64,000 bases of DNA, from NCBI GenBank assembly GCA_902632055.1, contig CACPAS010000003.1, positions 2,105 to 66,104 on the forward strand, read 5' to 3'. Positions 51,123 through 60,978 of the stretch are shown here, in pieces; position 1 is the first letter of the stretch, and each line of letters starts with the position of its first letter. The stretch is from an uncultured OCS116 cluster bacterium. Its GTDB lineage: Bacteria; Pseudomonadota; Alphaproteobacteria; Rhizobiales; TMED25. Both the position numbers and the translations under genes were made by a program. The notes beneath the pieces were generated by a model that saw only the letters and a list, made by a program, of their open reading frames with translations, had not been told where the DNA came from and did not search any database.

Positions 51123-51872
51123 ATGAAATTCAACCCAGATTTAATAACCATTGCTGGTAACTGGAAAATGAATGGTCATAAAGCCGCTGCGGCGGAAATT
51201 GAGAAATTGATTAATTTGATCAATGAAACTGACGCCAATATCATTTTATTCCCACCATTCACACTCATTTCGGATTTTGTTGAAATTAGCAAAAGTTCAT
51301 ACTTGAGCATCGGTGGCCAAGATTGTCACCATAAGGACTCAGGGGCATTTACGAGCTCAATATCTGCTTCCATGCTTCGTGATGCTGGCGCTGACTATGT
51401 AATTATTGGCCATTCTGAAGCAAGAGCTTTGCATGGGAATGACTCAAGCAATGTAATAAATAAAACCTATAATGCTCATGAAAATAACTTAGTTACTATA
51501 ATTTGTGTTGGTGAAGACCTCAGCGTTAGGTCAGAGGGGAAGCATTATGATTTCATAAGCAAACAATTAGAGAATGCGGTCGCAAGAACATCAAATCGTA
51601 ATAACACCCTAATAGCATATGAGCCAATTTGGGCTATAGGGACAGGGGATACTGCATCAATTGAGGATATTCAGGACATGCATGCTCATATAAATAATAC
51701 ATTAAAAGATTTTGATATGTTCAAAAAAGGTAATCCGTCTATTCTTTATGGCGGATCTGTAAATCCGAAAAATGCAGCGCAGATATTAAGTATAAATAAT
51801 GTTAATGGAGTTCTCGTTGGTGGTAGTTCTCTTGATCACATAGAATTCAATGAAATTATAAAATCAAAATAA
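51123..51872 (+). CDS. tpiA: Triosephosphate isomerase
   Basis: Motifs AGNWKMNG, IGHSE.R, AYEPIWAIGTG and YGGSV. Confidence 0.95.
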   Translation: MKFNPDLITIAGNWKMNGHKAAAAEIEKLINLINETDANIILFPPFTLISDFVEISKSSYLSIGGQDCHHKDSGAFTSSISASMLRDAGADYVIIGHSEARALHGNDSSNVINKTYNAHENNLVTIICVGEDLSVRSEGKHYDFISKQLENAVARTSNRNNTLIAYEPIWAIGTGDTASIEDIQDMHAHINNTLKDFDMFKKGNPSILYGGSVNPKNAAQILSINNVNGVLVGGSSLDHIEFNEIIKSK

Positions 51873-51927
51873 TTTTTAATCATTGTTAATTCTTTTAAAT
51901 TATAGTAAATAAGCAATAGAGGTTCCC

Positions 51928-52263
51928 ATGAGTTCATTAATTCTAATACTTCATCTTGCAGTGGCCATTATTTTGGTTGGGGTAATACTATTGCAAAGAT
52001 CTGAAGGCGGCGCGCTTGGCATAGGTGGCGGTGGATCTGGTGGTGGATTATCTGGTTTCTTGAAGGGGAGAGGTCAGGCAAGTGGTCTGGTAAAGATTAC
52101 AATCCTATTAGGGACTATTTTTTTTATCACTTCAATGAGTTTAACAATCATAAACTCATACAACAATCAATCTGTAATCGACAGAGTCACGAGTGAACTC
52201 GATCCATCAAGTTTAATATCCACTTCTGATAATAACGAAGTAAGCGTTCCAATATTGGAATAG
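51928..52263 (+). CDS. secG: Preprotein translocase subunit SecG
   Basis: 111 aa with two TM segments flanking a Gly-rich loop (LLQRSEGGALGIGGGGSGG). Position in the tpiA-secG order. Confidence 0.9.
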   Translation: MSSLILILHLAVAIILVGVILLQRSEGGALGIGGGGSGGGLSGFLKGRGQASGLVKITILLGTIFFITSMSLTIINSYNNQSVIDRVTSELDPSSLISTSDNNEVSVPILE

Positions 52264-52333
52264 CGTTCACTTTGCATTTGATATTTTGAATTAGTATTTT
52301 ACATTTATTTTATTTTTGTTATTTTATAATTCC

Positions 52334-53962
52334 ATGGCACGTTTTATTTTTATAACAGGTGGTGTGGTATCCTCTCTCGGTAAAGGTTTATCTTCAGCAT
52401 CTCTCGGTGCATTGCTTCAATCACATGGATATACCGTTAAACTTAGAAAACTTGATCCATATTTGAATGTGGATCCGGGCACAATGAATCCAATACAGCA
52501 TGGTGAGGTATTCGTAACAGATGATGGAGCCGAAACAGATCTTGATCTTGGCCACTACGAGCGCTTTACAGATGTTTCTGCAACCAAATTTGATAATATT
52601 ACTAGTGGGAAAATATACCAAGATATAATCCAAAAAGAGAGAAAGGGCGACTATCTTGGGGGTACAGTTCAAGTTATTCCACACGTGACCGATGCAATTA
52701 AGAAATTTATTACTCAGTTTACCGATGATGTTGATTTTCTTTTATGTGAGATTGGTGGAACTGTCGGAGACATCGAGGCTTTACCTTTTTTTGAAGCAAT
52801 TAGGCAGTTAAGGAATGAATTAAATCCAGAAAATTGTCTATTCATCCATCTAACTTTGTTACCATTTATAGCGGCAGCAGGTGAGCTCAAGACAAAGCCC
52901 ACACAACACTCCGTCAAAGAGTTAACATCCATTGGTATACAGCCGGACATTATCATCTTACGCTGTGATCGAGATATCCCCGAGGATGAAAGAAAAAAAA
53001 TCTCATCATTCTGCAATGTACCATTTGACAGAATAATTCCAGCAGTAGATGTTGGAAATATCTATGATGTACCGTTGAATTTTCATCAGAATGGTCTTGA
53101 TAATGAAGTGCTGAAAATATTTAATCTTAAGAAAAAAAATAAACCAGATTTTCTAAAATGGAAAAAAATCTCATCAAATGCTCGGTCCCTTGAGGAGAGT
53201 GTAAAAGTATCAATTGTTGGAAAATACATACAACTACAGGATGCATACAAATCTCTTGATGAGGCTATATACCATGCCGGACTAGTTAATAAGATCAAAG
53301 TTAATGTCGAATGGATTGACTCTGAATTATTAGAGTCTTCGCCTCCAATTGATTACTTAGATAGTACTGATGCAATTTTGGTCCCAGGCGGTTTTGGGCA
53401 ACGTGGTAGTGAAGGTAAAATTAATGCAATTAGATTCGCACGTGAAAGGAAGGTTCCTTATCTAGGTATTTGTTTCGGAATGCAAATGGCAATTGTCGAG
53501 ATGTCGAGGTCTCTATTGAATCTCCAGGGCGCCAATACCACTGAGTTTGGAACAACGGATGACCCTGTTGTTGATTTAATGAAGCAATGGAAGAAGGGAA
53601 AGACAACTGAAAAAAGGGATGAAAATACAGATCTTGGTGGAACCATGAGACTAGGGGCTTACGATGCGGTCTTAAAAAAAGGATCTAAAGTTGAAAAGAT
53701 ATATAATTCTAATAAAATAAGGGAAAGACACAGACATCGGTGGGAAGTCAACATTGACTATCAAGGACGCCTTGAGGATAAGGGGGTGATATTTTCGGGG
53801 CTGTCTCCTGATGGAAAATTACCAGAAATTATTGAATTATCTGATCACCCTTGGTTTGTTGCTGTGCAATTTCATCCTGAATTAAAATCTAGACCTTTTT
53901 ATCCACATCCATTATTTATATCTTATATTCTTGCAGCTAGAGAAAAAAGTAGATTGGTCTGA
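52334..53962 (+). CDS. pyrG: CTP synthase
   Basis: N-terminus [18 protein letters not shown], GATase motifs GICFGMQ and VQFHPE. The ATG at 52334 is preferred over the ORF-track start at 52316. Confidence 0.95.
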   Translation: MARFIFITGGVVSSLGKGLSSASLGALLQSHGYTVKLRKLDPYLNVDPGTMNPIQHGEVFVTDDGAETDLDLGHYERFTDVSATKFDNITSGKIYQDIIQKERKGDYLGGTVQVIPHVTDAIKKFITQFTDDVDFLLCEIGGTVGDIEALPFFEAIRQLRNELNPENCLFIHLTLLPFIAAAGELKTKPTQHSVKELTSIGIQPDIIILRCDRDIPEDERKKISSFCNVPFDRIIPAVDVGNIYDVPLNFHQNGLDNEVLKIFNLKKKNKPDFLKWKKISSNARSLEESVKVSIVGKYIQLQDAYKSLDEAIYHAGLVNKIKVNVEWIDSELLESSPPIDYLDSTDAILVPGGFGQRGSEGKINAIRFARERKVPYLGICFGMQMAIVEMSRSLLNLQGANTTEFGTTDDPVVDLMKQWKKGKTTEKRDENTDLGGTMRLGAYDAVLKKGSKVEKIYNSNKIRERHRHRWEVNIDYQGRLEDKGVIFSGLSPDGKLPEIIELSDHPWFVAVQFHPELKSRPFYPHPLFISYILAAREKSRLV

Positions 53963-53974
53963 GGAGGCTGTTCA

Positions 53975-55276
53975 ATGCATGATATTCAAAAAATTAGGGA
54001 GAACCCTGAGATATTTGCAGAATTACAATTACGAAGGGGTATAGAGGTAGATGTTGAACAAGTTATAACTTTGGATACATCAAAACGCGCACAAATGACG
54101 AAACTACAAAATCTTCAGAATGAGAGGAATGAGTTATCACAAAAAATAGGACTTCAAAAGGGAAAAGACAAAAATCCGACGGTAGATGATTTAATAAACA
54201 AGGTGCATGTAATAAAAGATCAAATTTTACAACTTGAGAAACAGATTTCTGCAACCAACAAAGATCTTGAACTAATACTGCTTGGGCTACCAAATCTTCC
54301 ATCTGATGATGTTCCCATTGGTAGTGATGAGAGTTTCAATATTGAAATAGAGGCAAAAAGATTTGGTAAAATAAATGATAAGAAAACCGCTGAACATTTC
54401 GAAATAGCTTCAATTGATCGCTTGATGGATTTTGAAACTGCAGCCAAGGTATCTGGCTCAAGGTTTGTATATTTAAGAGGGGGTCTTGCGATGCTTGAAA
54501 GGGCGCTCGGTCAATTCATGCTGGACACTCACATAATAAAAAATGGCTACACTGAAATAGCGCCTCCACTAATTGTGAATAACAGCTCAATGGTTGGCAC
54601 CGCTCAACTACCAAAGTTTGAGGAGGATCAATTTCAGGTTATCGTTCATGATAATGATATAACAGATCAAGGTAATCGAAAATGGCTGATTCCAACAGCG
54701 GAGGTCTCTCTTACAAATATTGTGAGGGAAAAAATAACCAACAAAGCTGATTTACCGCTGAGATTTGTTGCCCTAACATCCTGTTTTAGGGCTGAGGCTG
54801 GTGCAGCAGGAAGAGATACTAGGGGCATGATCCGGCAGCATCAATTTCAGAAGGTGGAATTAGTTTCGATAACCGAACCGGAGAAATCAGAGCAGGAGCA
54901 TAACCGAATGCTTGAATGTGCTGAAAGCATTCTCAAGATGTTGGAGCTTCCTTATCGAGTTATGTTGCTATCATCAGGTGACATGGGTTTTTCTGCTCGA
55001 AAGACATACGATCTTGAGGTCTGGATGCCAGGACAACAAACTTATCGCGAAATATCTAGTGTTTCAAATTGTGGTGATTTCCAAGCACGAAGAATGATGG
55101 CTAGATATAAGGACGATAATAAAAATACAAAATATATGCATACATTAAATGGTTCAGGTGTTGCTGTTGGCAGAGCCCTAATCGCTATTCTCGAAAACTA
55201 CCAAACGCCTGATGGTATTCAAGTTCCTGAAGTATTAAAGAAGTATATGAATGATTTGAGTATAATAGAAATTTGA
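53975..55276 (+). CDS. serS: Seryl-tRNA synthetase
   Basis: N-terminal coiled-coil arm and class II motifs (FRAEAGAAGRDTRG, NGSGVAVGR). Confidence 0.95.
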   Translation: MHDIQKIRENPEIFAELQLRRGIEVDVEQVITLDTSKRAQMTKLQNLQNERNELSQKIGLQKGKDKNPTVDDLINKVHVIKDQILQLEKQISATNKDLELILLGLPNLPSDDVPIGSDESFNIEIEAKRFGKINDKKTAEHFEIASIDRLMDFETAAKVSGSRFVYLRGGLAMLERALGQFMLDTHIIKNGYTEIAPPLIVNNSSMVGTAQLPKFEEDQFQVIVHDNDITDQGNRKWLIPTAEVSLTNIVREKITNKADLPLRFVALTSCFRAEAGAAGRDTRGMIRQHQFQKVELVSITEPEKSEQEHNRMLECAESILKMLELPYRVMLLSSGDMGFSARKTYDLEVWMPGQQTYREISSVSNCGDFQARRMMARYKDDNKNTKYMHTLNGSGVAVGRALIAILENYQTPDGIQVPEVLKKYMNDLSIIEI

Positions 55277-55301
55277 AATTAATTTATTAAGTAATTTAAC
55301 T

Positions 55302-56057
55302 ATGGACCAAAGAAAAATATTGATAACAAATGATGATGGCATTAATGCTCCGGGTATCGAGCTCTTAATTGATGCCGCAAAAAAAATATCCAGCGACATA
55401 ACAATTATCGCGCCAGAGAGAGAACAAAGCGGGAGATCTCAAGCGATGTCACTTTCAGATATTATTAGACTGAGAGAGATTGGTAAAAATATATTCTCCA
55501 TATCCGGTACCCCAACAGATTGTGTCATGCTTGCAATAAAGCAATTAATGAAAGATAGCAAGCCTGACCTAATTTTGTCAGGGGTTAATAGAGGGCAAAA
55601 TCTTGCAGATGATGTAAATTACTCTGGAACAATCGGTGCTGCGATGGAGGGTGCAATACACAACATAAAGTCTATTGCTCTTAGTCAAGTTTTCAATATA
55701 CACAACAAAGGGTTGGATGCTTTTCAAGCAACAAAGAAAAATCTAGATAGAACATTAGACTATGTTTTAGATCTGGATTACCCAAATAATATTGTTCTAA
55801 ATATTAATTTTCCAGATGTATTTGATGATAATCTGAATTATCAATTTACAAGACAAGGAAAAAGAGATGTACCGGCTCATACGATGGAAGAAAGGATCGA
55901 TCCTAGAGGACAAAAGTATTATTGGATTGGCTTTAAGAGGGCCGAGGGTGGTATGCTCGATGGTACAGACCTCGACTGCATTCAAAAAGGTTTTATTTCA
56001 ATTAGCCCAATCGGTCCCGATAGGACAGAATATTCATATCTTAAGACAAAAATCTGA
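55302..56057 (+). CDS. surE: 5'/3'-nucleotidase SurE
   Basis: N-terminus ILITNDDGINAPGI and motifs SGVNRG.N and YSGT.GAA.EG. Confidence 0.95.
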   Translation: MDQRKILITNDDGINAPGIELLIDAAKKISSDITIIAPEREQSGRSQAMSLSDIIRLREIGKNIFSISGTPTDCVMLAIKQLMKDSKPDLILSGVNRGQNLADDVNYSGTIGAAMEGAIHNIKSIALSQVFNIHNKGLDAFQATKKNLDRTLDYVLDLDYPNNIVLNINFPDVFDDNLNYQFTRQGKRDVPAHTMEERIDPRGQKYYWIGFKRAEGGMLDGTDLDCIQKGFISISPIGPDRTEYSYLKTKI

Positions 56058-56142
56058 CAATAGATGCCTTCTTTTGAAATATAATATTAACTAATTATGA
56101 ATATAATGTTGTTGTTCTTAATTAACTTAATTTAAACAACAA

Positions 56143-57147
56143 ATGCATCAAATATATCAATCTAAACGCATTATATTTATTCTATTTACGTTATTACTTA
56201 CCTCTTGCAGTTCCACTATGGACAGATTTAATGGCGCTAGTAAAGAAATCAGCAAAAGTCAATTAAGCCAATATACTCAAAGTCAAAAAGAAAGACCAAA
56301 AGGTACCTACTCGAACTACTGGATTGTATCAAGTGGTGAGACAATAGAGTTTATTGCCAGATCTACGGAGGTCTCTGTTGATGACATAGCATATTATAAT
56401 TCCTTAACGGAGCCATACGCACTCACCGATGGAATGCGCTTGTATATAGCGGAAAGAAAGTCGAGCATAAAAACAGACCCATCTGATATCAGTCAAGCTA
56501 ATACAGATAAGGCAGATGTATCTAACCTTGAGGACGTCTATTATGTTAAGGCTGGGGATACGATCTCATCGATTGCTATGAAATTCGGAATTACTGTGAA
56601 AAATCTGATTGAATTAAATCAAATAAAAAATCCAAGCTTGATATATGTTGGGCAAAAGCTCAAAATCACAGAAAACGTATTATCAAAAACAGATAAAATA
56701 TCTAATACCGTTTCAGCTAAAGAGGATAATGTAGGTGCAAAAATTACAGTGGATATGAACAAGCCTGTTGTTGCTAAGCCTCAATTTAGATGGCCTGTAT
56801 TAGGCAGAGTTATTAATAATTATGGGGATGAGGTTTTTGGTAGGATTAATAATGGAGTTTATATTTTGGCTCCATTAGGCTCAGAGGTTAGCGCTTCTGA
56901 AAGGGGTGTGGTTACCTTTGTAGGTAACGAAGATTACTTTGGGGAACTTGTCATAATAAAACACTTAAATAATTGGGTCTCATCCTATGCCCACCTCGAT
57001 AAGGCTAGTGTATTAATTGGAGATAAGATAGAAAAAGGCGATATTATAGGCACAGTCGGTACAACTGGGATTATAGAAAGCCCCCAATTGTACTTTGAAT
57101 TGAGGCGGGGCACAATTGTGCAAGATCCAACTAATTTTCTAAATTAA
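56143..57147 (+). CDS. nlpD: LysM-domain lipoprotein with a degenerate LytM (M23) domain, NlpD-like
   Basis: Lipobox LLTSC, two LysM repeats (YWIVSSGETIEFIA..., YYVKAGDTISSIA...) and a C-terminal M23 fold lacking the HxxxD and HxH zinc ligands. It lies downstream of surE. Confidence 0.75.
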   Translation: MHQIYQSKRIIFILFTLLLTSCSSTMDRFNGASKEISKSQLSQYTQSQKERPKGTYSNYWIVSSGETIEFIARSTEVSVDDIAYYNSLTEPYALTDGMRLYIAERKSSIKTDPSDISQANTDKADVSNLEDVYYVKAGDTISSIAMKFGITVKNLIELNQIKNPSLIYVGQKLKITENVLSKTDKISNTVSAKEDNVGAKITVDMNKPVVAKPQFRWPVLGRVINNYGDEVFGRINNGVYILAPLGSEVSASERGVVTFVGNEDYFGELVIIKHLNNWVSSYAHLDKASVLIGDKIEKGDIIGTVGTTGIIESPQLYFELRRGTIVQDPTNFLN

Positions 57148-58007
57148 ACTAGTTTTATGTTATTTTTTGCTGCAATTGCCGTAATAAATTGCCACGCAAC
57201 CCTACCAGATCTCGACCCTCTTCCGGCGGCCCATTCAATTGCCTCTGCGTGCAAAGTTTCTGTCTTTGGAATGTTATAATGTTGAATATAAGCATCAATC
57301 ATTGATAGATATTGCTCTTGTGAGCAGTTATGAAAACCAATCCATAAACCAAATCTATCTGAAAGAGAAACTTTCTCCTCTATTGCTTCTGATGGATTTA
57401 TTGCTGTCGAAGTTTCATTTTCAATCATCTCACGTGCCATGAGATGCCGTCTGTTCGATGTAGCGTAAAATATTACATTGTTTGGCCTGCCCTCTATACC
57501 ACCCTCAAGAGCTGTTTTCATTGATTTGTATGTTGTATCGTCATTATCAAATGACAAATCATCACAGAATATAATGAAATTTACTTTGCTAAATTGTTTG
57601 ATTATACCTAAAATTTCAGGCAAATCTTTTATATCCTCACGATGTATTTCAATTAAAACGAGTCTATTTTTCGATGTTTTTGATAACTTACCGTGTATAC
57701 CTTTTATAAGTGAGCTTTTGCCCATACCGCGAGCACCCCATAATAATGCATTATTTGCAGGCAGTGATTTTGAGAATTTTATTGTATTTTCGAGAAGAAT
57801 ATCAATATTTTGATCAATTCCTTTAAGCAGTTCAAGTGGAATAGAATTAACGTTTTTCACTGGCTTGAAGTATCCCCCCTCGGATTGCCACATAAATGCA
57901 TCTGCTTCTTTCCAATCAATATTAATTTCAGATCTAGCATGTTTATCTTCTAGAATCTTTCTTATTTTTGATATTTCTTCAACTAATTTATCTTTATTTT
58001 CCGTCAT
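57144..58007 (-). CDS. DUF815-family AAA-type ATP-binding protein
   Basis: Walker A GARGMGKSS, Walker B-like IIFCDDLSF, 287 aa. It is divergent from yajC-secDF, as in other alphaproteobacteria. Confidence 0.75.
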   Translation of the reverse strand: MTENKDKLVEEISKIRKILEDKHARSEINIDWKEADAFMWQSEGGYFKPVKNVNSIPLELLKGIDQNIDILLENTIKFSKSLPANNALLWGARGMGKSSLIKGIHGKLSKTSKNRLVLIEIHREDIKDLPEILGIIKQFSKVNFIIFCDDLSFDNDDTTYKSMKTALEGGIEGRPNNVIFYATSNRRHLMAREMIENETSTAINPSEAIEEKVSLSDRFGLWIGFHNCSQEQYLSMIDAYIQHYNIPKTETLHAEAIEWAAGRGSRSGRVAWQFITAIAAKNNIKLV

Positions 58008-58135
58008 TTGCTCAGTTAATAAAAATTATTATTTAAAAATTTTTCATTAACCTATATATATTATATAGAAATTAATTGGAAATATATTTTTCTGTCTTAA
58101 ATTTAAATTGATTATAAAAAGAGAGTGAATTTACT

Positions 58136-58435
58136 ATGATTACCCAAGCGTTCGCAGCATCACAACCCGGTGGTGGTGACATTTTTCTACAGTTGTTGCC
58201 ATTTTTACTCATATTCTTAATCATATACTTCTTGATTTTAAGACCCCAGCAAAAAAGAGTTAAAGCTCATAAGGAAATGATCGACTCACTCAATAAAGGT
58301 GATACTGTTATCACGCAAGGGGGGCTTATTGGGAAAATATCAAAAGTAATAAGCGACCAAGAAGTTGAAATTCAAATAGCCAATGATGTAAGAGTTAAGG
58401 TTGTTAGAGGTATGATTTCCGATATAAAGAAATGA
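58136..58435 (+). CDS. yajC: Preprotein translocase subunit YajC
   Basis: 99 aa with a single TM segment followed by ILRPQQKR.K.H..M...L.KGD.V.T.GG..G.I. Confidence 0.95.
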   Translation: MITQAFAASQPGGGDIFLQLLPFLLIFLIIYFLILRPQQKRVKAHKEMIDSLNKGDTVITQGGLIGKISKVISDQEVEIQIANDVRVKVVRGMISDIKK

Positions 58436-58454
58436 TACCCCAACAGGAATAAAA

Positions 58455-60044
58455 ATGCTGTATTTCTCAAAATTCAAATCAATAAGCATACTTATGATTT
58501 GCTTATTTGGCATTATATTTGCTTTTCCCAATTTGCTGAGCCAAAACTCATTAAATGATCTGCCAAAAATTCTTCCTCACAAACAAATTAATCTAGGTCT
58601 TGATCTACGAGGTGGTTCGCATCTCTTAGTTGAAGTTCAATCATCAGTACGTGCGTCTGAGCGAATGGATGATCTTTTTGATGACATCAGAATTGAATTA
58701 AGACGGAATAAAATTTTATTATCTGACATCACACAAATTAATAATGAAATTAAAATAACGCTAAGTGACGTTGGTTTTAAAGATAACCTCTTAGATATTG
58801 TTGAGTCTTTATCACAAAATGTGAAAGGTCAACTAGGATCAGGTCAGCTGAATAGTGAACTTCAAATCATCGAGCAAACAGACGGCTCTATCTTGGTGAG
58901 TATGACAGAAGTTGCTCTAAATGATTTATTAAGGCGATCAGTGGATCAGTCAATTGAAATAATAAGGAGAAGAATTGATGAGCTTGGTACCAAGGAGCCT
59001 ACCATTCAAAGGCAGGGTGACTCAAGAATCCTTATTCAAGTTCCGGGGCTTGATGACCCAAAAAGATTAAAAGATCTACTTGGAACTACTGCTAAGATGA
59101 ATTTTCACTTGATTGATCCTTTTTATGATGGCGATAATGTATCGCGTTCATCAATGGCATTAAAGCATGCAAATAATGACAGTACATATGTAGTCGAGAG
59201 GAGGTCTATAATTGGAGGGGAAAATTTAGTTGATGCACAACCCGGGTTTGACTCACAAACCAACCAACCAATTGTAAATTTTCGTTTTGATAGCCAGGGA
59301 TCAAGAAAATTTGGAAAGATAACTACTGATAATGTCGGCAAGCTATTTGCAATCGTTTTAGATAATGAGGTCATATCAGCACCAATAATTAATGAACCAA
59401 TACTCGGCGGTTCGGGCATGATATCTGGTAGCTTCACTGTTCAAGAAGCTAATGATTTGGCGATATTGCTCAGAGCTGGTGCCTTGCCTGCACCTCTTGT
59501 GATATTGGAGGAAAGAACTGTTGGTCCAGGTTTAGGGGCCGACTCTATAAAATCAGGGCAAATTGCTTCGATATTGGGCCTGATGCTAGTTTTATTGTAT
59601 ATGTTTGTTTCATATGGTAGGTTTGGAATTTATTCAAACATATCGCTCATAATAAACTTATCATTAATTGTTGCAGTATTATCAATCCTGCAAGCCACTC
59701 TAACATTGCCCGGTATAGCAGGTATAATTCTGACAATTGGGATGGCTGTTGATGCAAATGTTTTAATTTTTGAAAGAATTAGAGAAGAAATTGCTAATAA
59801 GAAGTCTGTAATTAATGCAATAGACAATGGATACAAAAGAGCCCGTACAACAATACTTGACGCAAATATAACTACCTTTATTGCAGCTATTATACTTTTT
59901 CAATTGGGATCTGGTCCTATAAAAGGATTTTCTGTCACTCTTGCAATTGGTATTATTACGTCAGTATTTACTGCTTTCACAGTTACAAGGTTTTTTGTGG
60001 CAACGTGGATAAAAAAAACTAACCCAAAAGAGATCAATATTTGA
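58455..60044 (+). CDS. secD: Protein translocase subunit SecD
   Basis: 529 aa with an N-terminal TM segment, a large periplasmic domain (LGLDLRGG) and a C-terminal 5-TM SecDF domain. Confidence 0.95.
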   Translation: MLYFSKFKSISILMICLFGIIFAFPNLLSQNSLNDLPKILPHKQINLGLDLRGGSHLLVEVQSSVRASERMDDLFDDIRIELRRNKILLSDITQINNEIKITLSDVGFKDNLLDIVESLSQNVKGQLGSGQLNSELQIIEQTDGSILVSMTEVALNDLLRRSVDQSIEIIRRRIDELGTKEPTIQRQGDSRILIQVPGLDDPKRLKDLLGTTAKMNFHLIDPFYDGDNVSRSSMALKHANNDSTYVVERRSIIGGENLVDAQPGFDSQTNQPIVNFRFDSQGSRKFGKITTDNVGKLFAIVLDNEVISAPIINEPILGGSGMISGSFTVQEANDLAILLRAGALPAPLVILEERTVGPGLGADSIKSGQIASILGLMLVLLYMFVSYGRFGIYSNISLIINLSLIVAVLSILQATLTLPGIAGIILTIGMAVDANVLIFERIREEIANKKSVINAIDNGYKRARTTILDANITTFIAAIILFQLGSGPIKGFSVTLAIGIITSVFTAFTVTRFFVATWIKKTNPKEINI

Positions 60045-60977
60045 GTGGATAATTTTTTTATGAAACCAATCAAGATAATAAAACTGGATACTAGTATAAA
60101 CTTTTTGTCTAAGACAAAAATTTTTATTTCCTTATCAATGATCTTTTTAATTGCATCCATATGCCTATTACTCTCACGAGGTTTAAATTTTGGGATTGAC
60201 TTTAATGGCGGCACATTAATTGAGGTGCAAAAGATTTCAGGAAATGCAGATGTATCTGAAATGAGGTCGCGTTTGGGGCAGCTTGATCTTGGAAATATAC
60301 AACTACAAGAGTTTGGAAAGAAAACTGATTTACTAATACGTGTAGAGCAACTCAGTGAAGAAGAGGGCGTTCAGCAAGTAATAATTAATGAAATTTCTGA
60401 GGTGGTGGAAAAAGATTATAAGATAAGGAGAATTGAGGTTGTTGGTCCAAAGGTCTCTGCTGAGCTGATAAAAAAAGGTATTATTGCAGTTATCACAGCA
60501 GTTATTTCTGTCTTAATCTATATTTGGTTTAGATTTGAATGGCAGTTTGGTATTGGTGCTATATTTGCACTTGTCCATGATATTATTATTACGATCGGTG
60601 TATTTTCATTATTGCAATTGGAGTTTAATCTATCAATCATAGCGGCCCTGCTCACTATTGTTGGTTATTCACTCAATGACACTGTTGTGATATACGATAG
60701 AATACGTGAGGAGCTGCGCAAATACAAAAAAATGCCAATAGTTGAGCTTATTAACCAAGCCTTAAACTTGACTTTATCGAGAACTTTAATGACTTCGATA
60801 ACAACGCTCCTTGCCCTTATCTCACTATACCTATTTGGCGGAGAAGTCATCAAGGGCTTTACATTTGCCATGATATGGGGAGTTCTTATTGGCACTTATT
60901 CATCAATTTTTATTGCATCACCAATACTGATTGGATTAAACATTAAGCGCGATTGGTCAAAAAATGATGGTGAGTAG
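60045..60977 (+). CDS. secF: Protein translocase subunit SecF
   Basis: Motifs GIDFNGGT and YSLNDTVVIYDRIRE. The start is either the GTG at 60045 (abutting the secD stop) or the ATG at 60060. Confidence 0.95.
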   Translation: MDNFFMKPIKIIKLDTSINFLSKTKIFISLSMIFLIASICLLLSRGLNFGIDFNGGTLIEVQKISGNADVSEMRSRLGQLDLGNIQLQEFGKKTDLLIRVEQLSEEEGVQQVIINEISEVVEKDYKIRRIEVVGPKVSAELIKKGIIAVITAVISVLIYIWFRFEWQFGIGAIFALVHDIIITIGVFSLLQLEFNLSIIAALLTIVGYSLNDTVVIYDRIREELRKYKKMPIVELINQALNLTLSRTLMTSITTLLALISLYLFGGEVIKGFTFAMIWGVLIGTYSSIFIASPILIGLNIKRDWSKNDGE

Positions 60978-60978
60978 G

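Noticed and set aside
56101-56142. CtrA-type TTAA-N7-TTAA sites and other AT-rich motif matches in intergenic DNA.
   Set aside because: In sequence this AT-rich such matches are expected by chance, and none I checked had exact spacing together with a sensible promoter context.
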